DNA of 64,000 bases from Yuukianura sp. NJ FZ-2021 (taxonomy: Eukaryota), in contig CM102284.1 in assembly GCA_046563655.1 (NCBI GenBank), positions 682,001 through 746,000 of the forward strand, written 5' to 3'. Under the pieces are notes generated by a model, which was not told the DNA's origin, searched no databases, and saw nothing but the letters and a program-made list of their open reading frames with translations. Every line of letters begins with the position of its first letter. The first letter of the stretch is position 1. The position numbers and the translations under genes are program-made. Shown one piece after another: positions 39,200-64,000 of this stretch.

Positions 39200-40048
39200 C
39201 AAAAATTGAGGAAAACTTGAAAAAAATTGCTGAAAACTGCAAAAATTCGGAGAAATTGAAGAGAATGGCGCAAATCTTCAAGAAATTTGAAGAAAAGTTC
39301 AAAAATTGTGGACAACTACAAGCAAATTGCGCAAAACTTCAAGAAAATTTAAAAATTGAAGAAGATCCTTGAGAAAATTCGTTTTGTGATCCCAGTGCCC
39401 ATTATATCAACAAAACATTTTTAGTTTTCGGTTTTTTATCCTAGTTAAAGTTCTTATAATCTTAAGATTTCAAAGTGTAATTAATCGTAACTCGTGACAG
39501 CTAAAGCAACTAATCTTTTGATTTTAAATGCAAAGATTATTTCTTAGTAAAAATTGACGCATTTCACACCTCCTTTTTCAACAGAAATCGTTGATTTTTG
39601 TAAAATTTGAGACGTAGACTGGCAGTAAGGGTTGGGTTTTTAGTTTTGTTTTTATTATTTTTTAGTGATTTTTAAAATATGATTTTTGTTATTTTTTTTA
39701 ACGTTTCTTTTTCTTTTTTAAGTTTTTTTTCCCGAGACTAGTGAGTGGTCAGTGGGAGACCAAAAAACGGAAACCAAACAACCTCCTCTTGTGTCTTCTA
39801 CAATTGACGGCAAATAATTCTACTAGTCAGGAGCTTAAAAGTAATTTTAGGCAGAAAGAGAAGAAAATACTGTTTACAGTTTTAACAATTTCCGAAATTT
39901 TGAATTTCAAAAAACAAAATTCTGAATAATATTTTGGCGAGTCTGGAGAGAACAAGAAGGAAATGTAATTATTAGTTTTTGTAGTTGTCGAATGTATCCA
40001 AGGGGCTGTCCAAAATGAAACCAGTGTTGAAGTGACATGTTGACATTT

Positions 40049-41247
40049 TTACTGAGACGTTTTGTAAGATGATGATGAAAACGTGAACGGAGGCGACGGG
40101 AACTGAAATGAAGATGGCGGAGAGAAGTCGGTTTGAACGGCCTTGTCATTCTCTGTCTTGACTTTGAAATGAAGAGGGTAGCTAAACTTTGCCGTGCGAT
40201 TGTAGAGTGCATACTCGGCCGGATCCTGCTGTTTTAGAACGTAAACAAAAATAAAACGTTTAGTTAGCGTTTGAATCATGATTCATTTGTAAGTTACAGA
40301 ACAACTTCTCATATAGCAGCTTCCTCCGATACCGTAAACTATATTTCCCAGCAGAAACATGTTAGGTTTTGTAATTACCGCGATCCTGAGGATTAGTCAC
40401 CCTTTATCATGGCCGTGAATTTCAGAACGTGATTATAACCGAGTATGATACAAAGTGTCCATTCCTCAGAATAGTGATGTTTACAAAACGGTAACTCAAG
40501 ATTCTGAGGAATAGTCACTCCGACCTAGTACAGCGTACCACGTTCTGAATTCATGATCGTTTATCTTTTCCATACCACGACACGAGAATACCATAGTCGA
40601 AAATCGTGGAGAAGGACTTTTCTTAAATTATTATGAAAAAACTTGAATTTTACGGTATCAAATCGGCATCCCGCCGCATAGTTTCTATAAGAGAGGTTAT
40701 GATGTATTGGGATCAACAACCTACGACAGATACTACTAACTCTAGTCTACATTTACCCACAATCTACGTCATGGAATGGGAATACCCTAACCGCTTTTGA
40801 CTTAAGTATCAATTGTTATAGGTTAATTGAGTTAGTTAAAGGTTGATTAATTACCTGAGGAAGTGGCAAGAAGGCGAGAGGTGGCTGGATCTCCTCTCGA
40901 TAGTCCCTGATCGGTTTGAAGTGGGTCTTTGGGCTGATGAGCAGATCTTCCTCTTGTGGTTCAGCAGCGGCTGGTGGTAATTGTTCCCAAACTTGACCTT
41001 TGTTTGACTTGACCCCACTGTCTCCTTCTCCTTCCCAAATGGCTGCAACTTTACTGTCGAATTTTGACAGGAAGGTAACCAACGTCTCGAGCTCAGCAGC
41101 CTTACGAGACTTGCAGAAGTTCTCCTTTTCCGATTCCTGCATTAAAAAAACCAGATATTAGTGAATCAATCATCTCCATATTAATCGTATGTGTGAATTA
41201 AGTCAATGGATCATTACCATTACCTCCCAGGGTCCGGCTGAGTTCAT
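40049..41247 (-). CDS. Short protein (about 160 aa) with conserved-looking linear motifs; possibly KIAA0232/DUF4603-like
   Basis: Exons 41247-41224, 41136-40855, 40225(or 40228)-40049 in frame. Motifs FLSKFDSKVAAIW, EDLLISPKTHFKPI, PLHFKVKTENDKAVQTD. The family call is from memory and tentative. Confidence 0.55.
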
Positions 41248-41984
41248 ATTGCTTGAAGAAATGTTGTTTTGGCCTACATTAAATGGAATTCCACTGACTT
41301 GTGTCACTCGACCAGAGTCTCGTGGTGGCACCTTAGAAGACGAGCATATCACTTCTGTACGACGACCGTGACGAAGACCACAGGCAGCGAGCAGGGTCCC
41401 CTTGAGCTCTCACTGGACCTCAGAGAGTGAAGGTCGAATGAAGTACCCTCCCTTGATCAGTTCCTCTGTATTTGAATCAATTGAGGAAGAGTAGACTTGG
41501 TTTAATTGAAAATGAGAATGAATGAGCGTTGGGTGAGTGTCCTTGTATGTCAAGGAAAAGAGGTGGATGAATATCGATAGTCCAAAAGAGATGAAGTCGA
41601 AGGAGGTGGAGGGAGTCTGTCTCCGTTCAACTACAGCGCAGCGACACAACAACAGTCTACTACACAGTGTAGTGTAGACTACGGTCAGGTTACGGACACG
41701 AGGAACTCGTCTTACGTCACTTTAGTAGTGGTGGCTCGGGGGGACCGCCTCGACAGCTATACTTCTCGGGATATGTCATGTAAAAACGTTTTTGGAATTT
41801 GGGAGAAGTACACCCAACACCTAGGATCTTGTAACACTCAAAAATCACAACACCACTCCACTCAGACAGGAAGAGTTCTTATATCATCGATTGTGTGGAA
41901 ATATAGGTTGAAGCAAGGTGGACACACACCAAATGTAACTACATTACCCAACGTCACAAGTACGTACGTATGTACGCCAAAATT

Positions 41985-42182
41985 TCACACAGCTGCAATA
42001 TTTTTGTTATACTTCTACAGAAATGCAATAATTTTGCTATACTTACACACAACTGCAATATTTTTGCTATACTTCTACCTAACTGTAATATTTCGTCCGT
42101 ACTTCTACACAACTGTATTCTGTTACAATACTTTTACACGACTGTAATATTTTTGCTATACTTCTGCACAATTTTAATATTT
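41985..42182. repeat. Degenerate roughly 30-bp tandem repeat (about 6 copies)
   Basis: Units such as CACAACTGCAATATTTTTGCTATACTTCTA. Confidence 0.8.
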
Positions 42183-45003
42183 GCTGCAATAATAATTTGC
42201 TACTATATTAGATGAGATACTAAAGAAATAATAATTGACTAATTGAAGGATCCATATTGAAGCAAAATGGAGTGCACGTATTTAAGTACAGCAAAATCTT
42301 TAATTACGCAGTTTTGACAAGCAATGTATCAAGTTGAGGTATTACACATTATCCTAATAGGTTAAATCATGAAATTACCATAATTATTACTTTCTTTGAG
42401 CACAAATGTTGTGTCTTTACCTAGCATCAACTGGATATAGCTACCGCGTGGTGTTTAGGATTGAGTGAGGTTGACGGGAGGGTTTTTACACCTTACGAAG
42501 AGGGTACAAAGATAAGAATAGAATTTTTAAATGGAGGGAGACGGCCAAGGGGTTGACACATCCAAAAATTCCGCCACTGCGCAATGCGGCGTATCAAAAT
42601 GAAGCCAAATTTGACACTTTTGCAAATTACGACTCAAATTTATTGCCAAGGAAGTGGCTAAAAACGTACAAAAACGTTTTAGCTCACCCAACTTTCCATA
42701 TTTTTCATTGTCGCAATCAAATCATGTTTTCCCATTTTGTGATAATTTCAATCGATGAATATAAATTAGATAATTTCCTGCAAAATTTCAACCAAGTTTT
42801 TGGAAAATTTTCTATGGCTTTGTTCGAATTTGACGGAATTTGGGGTTCAGAAAGCGTCTTTACGAGGGGAAAACCGGTGAGGTGTCTTTCGGTGTCAATG
42901 ACCTCCAGAGTTTTAGCACACCAAAGAGACTTTGGTTCATCGTCATCTTGATGATCACGACGGTCAGCCAGGAGGCAGGTTCTGTGATCTCCACATCATC
43001 ATCTGTATAAAACGCACAAAAAATTAAGATATTCACCCCTGTTCTCACTCATTCGGAAACAATTAAGTTGAAACAACAACAGTTAAATGATTATTGCACT
43101 CTGCACAAGCACAACCGACGGTTGACTGCTGACTGGGAGACAAGTGACATCCCCATCTCGTACGGAATTACTCTGGACCGTTAGCATACTTACGACATGA
43201 GTTGCATTTACGTATTTTACTTATAAATCATTGTTTAAATTCTGTTCATGCGCAATGTTTTTCACATTAGGTTTATTTCTTAACGGCGCTACCAGTTCCG
43301 TACACGAGTGTCCAAGATTTGCTTGGGGATCCGCCCTCCTGAAAGTGAAAGGTGTGTTCACGTGGGTCATTCATTCCTTTACCTGACGTCAGCTGACTAA
43401 AGTGGCTCTTCTAGATAATTGTTGACACTTAAGATCTAAAAGTAAATAAACAGCGATTAAGCGATCTCCTAATTAGGTATTGCATGTTAATTACTCCCAA
43501 AATTAACTCTGTTGTTCCACAACTGTTGATCCATCCAAAACGTCAAAAGATCGATCGCTTCTGCAATTAAGAATTGAACTGTCTTCTGCAAAAATTTTCA
43601 ATCGCGCAACCTGTTCCACGTTCAGTTCGTTCCGGTGTTCAGTTCATGAATCATCTAATTACTTTGACCTGTCACTAAAAAGTCCATTCATCACAACTAC
43701 TTTTATAGACTGACCTTGTGACAATTCTGGTTTAACCAATGCAAAAACTAACATTTAGATTTAAAACTTGAAATTGAACTAAACTCTGCCTAACCTACGA
43801 ATCTCTTTACCAAGGACATACGCGACACATCATGACCGGAGATCCGCGTTGAATTGACATGAATAGTAATCATAATCATATCTAAAGGGAGGGGGTGGAA
43901 GCCAAATCGTATTCAGTAGTCAAGTTATATCCAAGGTAAGATCCTTCGTATTTCAACATCAATGCACGAAGCATGATGTCCTGCATGCAATGCAAATTCA
44001 GTGTATCGCAGTTAGCAATTACTTTAAACTCGTGCATGAAATTGAAGGTATGACGATGATGATCACACTAAGGATTCTGGATCAACTAGAAAATACAAGA
44101 TGCATAGAATTATGAAGGATGATAAACTGTCAATAGGATCAACTTCTACTGTGTCCGTGTCAGCGTGTCCGTATGCTTTATATCGACTGTTTTATGCTGA
44201 CCACATCATTTTTAGTCTTCCATGAAGATCCAATTCCACAATAGTGTAACTGCAGATAGTCTTCCGTGTGTCATTGCTCATCTTTGTTGTTCCCACCACC
44301 GCCTGTCTGTAAATGATAACGATTGAGCAGTTAATGTTTTTGGTATGCGTAAGAGGAGTGACAGGGGAGTTATTAGTTTAGGTTTTGAGTTATCGATATG
44401 GCATCATCCACAGAGAAACCAAAACCACAAATTAGCAATTCAAATGGTAATCCTGCAGGCACGGAAGTTGACAACGACTGTTCTGTTGTTGTATTCATTT
44501 TCAGCAGCACCAGCATCCAGAAGATCCAAATCCAAGTGTTGTTAGTATCCAGAAGAGCAACTTGTTAGTAACATTGCGATTATTTTTAGGATCTGTTCCT
44601 TGTGTTTTGTGTAGATAATTAGTGGCGACGTTAAGTTTTGTGTATAGAACGACCTTAACCTTTGACTCTATTCCAGAAAAATATCCATCCCGAGTTTACT
44701 ACGGAGAAGTATGCCTGAAAGTGACAAAGAAGTGTTAATAGTCCAAAGATTAATTAGAGTGGATCTGCTAATTTTCGAAATTGTACACCCACCTATTGTG
44801 TATTATCGGTAAAAGCGGAGCTACGTGGAAAGGCATAAACAGCAGTTACAAATTGGTTCATAATTACCCAAGGTTCCTATTGACCTCAACGACGACGAAC
44901 GGACGACTGCGTAGTATTTCGTTTTAGTTTTGGTTTTGAATTATTCCGCGAAGAGTAGTTTTTGTGGTTAGACACACAGTAAACGTATAAACGATAAACA
45001 GTC

Positions 45004-48000
45004 ATGTCCAGAAGAAGTGGTATCGGTATGGTCCTCCACGAACCGACGACAATGGAACGTCCGCGCTTGTCGAGCTGGTCGGAAGAGGCGACCGTTGGAC
45101 CAAGTGAAGATCTGGAGAATGTCGCTCCCGAGTCAGGGTCAAAAGGTCACGATCTGAATGATGTTGGTTCTAGTCATAACCATCTCCAGCATCCTGAAGA
45201 TCCAGCGCTCTTGGGAATTGGCCATCATCGCCATGGACGACGACCAACCATTTTTACGATAGCGGAAAATTACGAATTTGACGATGACGATTTTCAGCGG
45301 AAACTTAGCTCCTGTCTCAGCACGTACTCGTCAAATTCCAGTCTCGGTAATCTACGCGCATGTTTTAATCTTACTTCTTGGAAAATGGGGTGCTTAACTA
45401 CTATAATTAAAGTTGTTAATTAGTAATTAACATTGGACAATGGTAAAAATAGTCGTAAACTAACACTAAACAATGTTTGTAAACAATGCTGTTCAAGGTG
45501 GCGGGCTTTTTCAAAGTGCTTGGACTCTGTGTTTATGTTTACATTAATCAGCTGATTGATATTGACATGTCTTTGGTATTGACAGAATCGGAGACTGGAG
45601 AGAGTTGGCCGTCCCGCGCCCTCCGTCGAGTGTCCATCATCCCGAAGGCTATGGGCCTTCAGCCGTGGGTGACCTCTGGAGGTCAGACGTCTTCTGCGCT
45701 GACTCGGGGCAAAAAGAAACGAAAGTACGAAGATATCAAGAACTTAGTTAATGCTGGGAAGTTGCATGAAGCCAAAGGGGCAGTGAGGGACGGAGACTGG
45801 GACTTTGGAGACGACATTCGGACGAGACTGTGGCCATTCCTGTCCAGCATCCACGATACGAAACATACTGGCGGAGACTACTGGGAGTTGGTCAGAGAGA
45901 TATTTGGACACGAGCGGAACGGTAACTTTCACCTCAAAAGTTGAGATTAACGTTTACTAATCGATTTTTTAGCTGATATGGTTGGATTAATTTTGTTTTT
46001 GGCTTGACTAATTAGAAACTCCAACGAGTTCTGTCCTTCTACCGGGTCCGTGCAGCCAAGAAAGTGCCGTTTACTACAATCTGGACGAAACCGGCATATC
46101 TTACTGCAATCGAATCTGCTCTGTGCTGATCTACTCATATCCGGATATCACATATTGTCCCTGGCTCTGTCCAATTACTGCTCTCTTTCTACATTATGTT
46201 GAGGTAACAAACTGTTGACTACCGGATGTAGTTAGTTGATATTTTTAAACCCTAAATACTCAATTAGCTTAAGTGTTAATCATCCTAATGACTTTCTAGG
46301 AAGAGAAGGCGTATGCTTGCGTAGGCAACTTACTCAAGGCCACCAACAAAGTTTTCATGACCCAGACTCGACTTCAGACTGATGCCTCTGCCATGGTGGC
46401 ACTCGCTCTCACCAAAAAGTTCTCTGTAAGCTGCCGAATGCCGATTACTTTATGATTACTGGATTCATTTCATGACAAGAATCGTTTTGAAATCGTTTTC
46501 GTTTTTTATCCCACAGAAATCAACGTATTCAACTCTAGTCCAAATGCTTAGTAGTACCGAGGAGACGCTGGAGTCAGTCTTTGACTCATGGGCGGATTGG
46601 ATCTTTCGAGATTTGCCAATTCCACATTTGGTATGACTATTCAAGAAAAATCTTCCAACATTCAGTTTACTTATCTAGAACATTACATATCTAAGGAAAT
46701 CTTTGAGATAAAGAATAAAGTCGTTGCCCAATATCGAGATTAAGATAAGTATCATTGACATTGAATTTTTTTTTTGTTCAAGGTGCGCGTCATGGACTGT
46801 TTTCTGATGGAAGGAATCAAAGTTTTGTACCGAGTAATAATTGGACTTTTGCATCATTTCGGAAAAACTGAAACTTCTGTGGTATCTGTCAAAAAGTCAA
46901 TTTCAGAATACTGTAAATCCATCGAGGTAAGATAGTTTTTTTTAAACTTTCAAAAAATGTAGAATTTTTAAAAGCTTTTATCTATAAATAGTGCTCTAGG
47001 TTTTGACGTAAATTGGTAAAGTTTATGTTATAAATCGGATGTGCTTGTTGTGTGGCGTGTGACGTTCTTGTTCTTTTTTAAGACTTGTGATAATGGATTT
47101 CAGCTAAAAGGAACTTTTCAACACGTTTCACAGTCGAATCAACTTTTTAGGATAAATTACACAGCAATTCTAAACATTAAACATTTTGGTTTTCTTTTTT
47201 TAAACAGTTGAATCCTGCTCGTCTTTTGAAGAAAGCATTTTCAATAAGGAACTTTCGATCAGCCGAAATCAAAAACGTCACGGTCAAAACGACTTTCGAT
47301 ATGAAAACGGCCCAAATCCAGAGAACAGGTTCCTCCGACTCGGTCCCACACACCAAAGGACCTATGGACATCTCGTGCAACAGCAAAACAGTCAACGTCA
47401 AAGAGGTAAATTTAGAAAACTTGCATTTTTTTGAAGTTTTCCAAAAAGAGGAACTTTTTTAAACAGTTTTTTTTTGGACACCATAAACCAAAAACACGCA
47501 TTTTTAGTATTTCAAACTAACTCTAACTTTTTGTCTGACATTCACGCTGCTCTTTTGTAAACAAAAAAAAAGACAAACTCAGTTCCCGTGAATTTGAACA
47601 ATTTGAAATTTTCGAGTTGTTCAAAAGATCAAGTAAGCTTCGACATCGTGGAAATTGTGTTAAATTGTAATTAAAAAAATCAAGATGTGTTATTGAAAAG
47701 ATTGTTTTTCCAATTGCTGATTCCAAAATTTTGAAATTGGGGAACTTTTCTTTGAGAATTGAATTAATTTTTGGAAACTTTTTATTTCAGCTTTATGGAA
47801 TTTGGCAGTGGCTGCCGGTAAGAATTGCAATGCATGAGCCGCAACTGATTTACACGACAGATGAAGACGGATGCAGCATTTCAACTTTTTTCAACAAAGT
47901 GGAACAGTATGAACCAGTCCTCATGATTTTCAAAGCAACTACTGGAGAAGTATGGATAAAATTTTGAAAAAAACTTAAAATTTTGGAAAAAGTTGTTAAT

Positions 48001-48568
48001 GATTTTTTTGAATAATTCAGGTTTTTGGTGCGTACTGCTCTACTGCCTGGGCAGTTCGGAATGAAAAAGATCAGCGGGGAGAGCGACAACGATACTTTGG
48101 GACTGGAGAGACTTTTCTATTCGGCCTTCAACCCCGGATGATCAAGTATCCCTGGGTGGGGATCAAGGGGCGGGGAGTGGTGGACCACGCCCAGGAGCTG
48201 TTCATGCACGCAGATAATAACATGATTGGCAAAGATTCAATGTGATATGGTCAAAAACAATTTCGTCAAAAAGTGAAAAGGTCAAAAAGTAAGATCAAAC
48301 ATCAGAAAAGATACCCTAACTTACTAAACGGATTACATTTTCACTTTTTGATAAAATTAGTCTGACCATTTCACATCCTATGGTTGGAGATGCACGGATT
48401 TCATTTTGATTTTGAATTTTTAGAGGCGGGACGGGGATTCACGTTGACGCTGATTTGCGGTTTGGGAAGTCAGAACGCTGCCTAACTTTTGAAAATGATC
48501 CGCTCGTTGGCGGATCAGGAGATTTTGAAGTCCAAGTTCTGGAATGTTTTGCATTTAGTATGGTCTAA
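45004..48568 (+). CDS. TBC1D24: TBC1D24 / skywalker (Rab-GAP TBC plus TLDc domains)
   Basis: IRTRLWPFL, YPDITYCPWLCPITALFLHY, VRVMDCFLMEGIKVLYRV, IWQWLPVRI...LIYTTDEDGCSISTFFNKVEQYEP, VFGAYCS...YFGTGETFLF, ELFMHAD, FGKSERCLTFENDPL...FEVQVLECFAF. Stop at 48566-48568. Confidence 0.93.
48240..48376. mobile_element. Fold-back MITE in the last TBC1D24 intron (related copy at about 60232-60400)
   Basis: ATGTGATATGGTCAAAAACAATTTCGTCAAAAAGTGAAAA versus TTTTCACTTTTTGATAAAATTAGTCTGACCATTTCACAT inverted arms. The same arm sequence occurs in a Col4a1 intron. Confidence 0.7.
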
Positions 48569-50953
48569 AAAAGTTCTCTTTTCTCCTACTTAAATCCAAA
48601 CCCAACGCACATTAGAAAGAAGCATTTAAAATGGCCGCTGCTGTAACCATAACACCAGCTTAATCACGTGACTAATACGTAATACGTCACACCTGACGTC
48701 TAATGTGACACGCAATGTGACTTCGTACGTCCATTACACGTAACACGTAACTTCGTACGTCATTACGCCATCACACGTGACTTCGTAAAACGTATTACAC
48801 GTCACACGTGATTTTGTTTAACACGTATTACACGTATCGGCACGTGACAGCTGTGTTGGTCGTCGTAGATTTCCTACTTACCGTGTAGTAGCAAGTAGAA
48901 CACTGCATTTAACTAATGCCACTATAGACTTAATTTCAACTTTGTTAAAACTGTTAAAATGTTAGGTTAAAACTATCCTAACCCATCAGTGGAATGTCAC
49001 GGGTAAAAGAAGATCTAGTTCTGTGTAGCTCCCCTTTTAGAAGTTGACGATATCCTAAGAAATGTGCATTTATGATACAAGGAGACTTACTGGAGAGTGT
49101 CGGTAGTGTAATAGATCTGAAACAATCGATTAGTTCAATTGAATCAATTAATTAAATTAATCGATTAATTAATGTGGTTCATAATGATGAGTAATAAGAA
49201 AGGAAATAAGCAATACAATTGTAGTGGCAGGTTAAACACGATACACTCTAAACAACTCTAAACTTTTTTTATACTAAACTTAATTTATTAGTAGTCGCAA
49301 ATTTGTACAGTTTGGAGTTTATTTATGCACCGTTTGAACTTTTTGTTCAGTTTCGTCGTTAAACCTTATGTAAAACTAAACCAAAATTTAGTTGAATCTG
49401 CAACTTATGTTTTCGCAACTAGAGAAAGTGAACAGCATTCCTACTGTAATAAATTCACACACGAATTTCGTAGTTTTTAGATACGAAAATTTAAATTTCC
49501 GAATTTCTTTCTTTCTTGAAGTCTCAGAAGGTGAAATTTTTTCAAGGTCGAAGGTCAGCAGGTCACAAACTTTGGTGTAATTTTTTTCAAGGTCAAAGTT
49601 CAGGAGTTGTAACAGCGCGCATGAGAAGGGTATATGCTATGTCAAAATTTTATATTTGAAAGAAGTGTCCCTGATTTCGGGGTTTTGAAATTTCGGTTCC
49701 GGGAAAGGAACTTGAGCCTTTTTTGTTTTCAAAGGAAGTAACAAGTCCACACTAATTTGTACAAAAGGGACTTTTTCACAAAAAAAAAATCAGGACCGGC
49801 AACCTTCTTCATTTGAAATGTCTATTTCCAGCATTTTTCGAAAACTAACTTCACATTACCTTTCATTTTTATTTTCAATACTCATACACAAGGTCACGGA
49901 GTGCTGGTCCCAAAAGTTTAGTATTTTTTTATTTAGAAAATTTCAGTTTCTAGACGAAAAAATAATTCTGATTTCATTTTAAGGTCAAAATTGAGTTTAA
50001 TGCTGAACGTTTCGTGTTAGCTTTAGTTTTAACATCTTTAGAGCCTGAACGGAATTGGCAAAAAGAGGTTTTAAGATAATTTTGTGCTAAAAAGTATAGA
50101 TAATTTGAACAAAGTGTTAAATTTTTGCAACACTTGTTACAACTAATTTCATTGAAAAGACAAAGCATAACTGCGCAAGTGAACTTCCGTTGTTCTGAGA
50201 CTTGGAGTCTCTCCGGCCCTGATTGCTCTTGAGCTCATTTGTACTTTTTTTAACATTGGTTTTTACAATGCTTTGTTTAATTTTGAAAAGAGTATGAAGA
50301 TGTAGAGGAAGGGACTGTTTTAGAAGAAGATCTTCTCAAAATAATCTCTATTTGGAAGGAAAGAAGCAGAAGTAGGTTGGTTCCTTTTGATTTCTTTCAA
50401 TCTTCCACTAAAACACGCAGCTCCACTCTTTCTAGGGGTTGAATTTTAGAAATTCTCACAAATTATCCAGTCTCAGCGTTCGGAGCGGAGGGAGCGCATC
50501 GCTGCGTTTTAAAAACAACGTTATCACGCCAGATTAGTGTAAATTTTCAAAATTTTGGTGGAAGGTTTTAAAAAAAAACTTTGGATTTCTTGAAGTTTTG
50601 TGAATGAACTTCAACTTTGGAAAAATACAACTATTCTCGTAGGATGTAGAAAAAAGCTGAAGCGACGATCACGAACTGCTTTGGAGCAGTCAATGTCTCT
50701 ATTACGTTAGGTTTTTCATAAGTTCGTGTTTTTTTTGCTAAAGAAATCAAGTTTTTCAAAAAGAATTTTTTTAGGGAATTCAAAAAGTACTTTGTTTTGG
50801 GGTGAAAGTGAGGGTGAAAGTTGAAAAGCGTTGAGGAAGTGTGATATTACGGTGTAAAGTGATATGCTATTGTAAAGAGTATTCTTTGTTCACGTTTTGG
50901 TAAATAAGCTTTAATAGTTTTTACAAAATGATCAAGTGGAAGGACATGGCTCC

Positions 50954-63875
<12,922 letters not shown>

Positions 63876-64000
63876 GTAAGTACTTGATACACAAAATTGT
63901 GGCGATAAATAAAAAGTGCTATTTTTATGTAATTGCATGTACATAAGTATTATAAATTACATTAATCTAATAACTAAAATAATCATTATTCAAAATAATT

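Noticed and set aside
41728..42215. Hydrophobic ORFs 41728-42147 and 41970-42215
   Set aside because: They derive from the roughly 30-bp tandem repeat.
42720..43052. Possible small minus-strand exon or gene
   Set aside because: Composition looks coding-like, but no consistent start and splice model could be built. Left uncalled.

Overview
This is intron-rich, AT-rich animal genomic DNA. The proteins look arthropod-like, but the taxon cannot be fixed from the sequence alone. It is not prokaryotic: there are no operons and no CRISPR array. Conserved spliced genes, left to right: 3' half of an integrin alpha subunit (+), a divergent tektin-2 (+), tripeptidyl peptidase II (+), a FAM43-type PTB protein (-), WDFY1/2 (-) head-to-head with a group-I PAK kinase (+), a short possibly KIAA0232-like gene (-), TBC1D24/skywalker (+), and the 5' part of a very exon-rich collagen IV alpha-1 gene (+) that has no head-to-head alpha-2 partner. 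An accessory island at about 6-16 kb holds three small secreted-peptide genes (Gly/Tyr/Trp-rich; a cecropin-like peptide with an inserted two-Cys loop; an Arg/Tyr-rich peptide), an orphan acidic protein gene, a 5'-truncated CRE-type (RLE) retrotransposon with an 11-bp target-site duplication, and a DINE-1/HINE-like non-autonomous Helentron whose centre has expanded into a 20 x 59-bp tandem array. MITEs and tRNA-derived repeats fill many introns. Exon boundaries were read by eye and family assignments come from recalled motifs; no database search was run.
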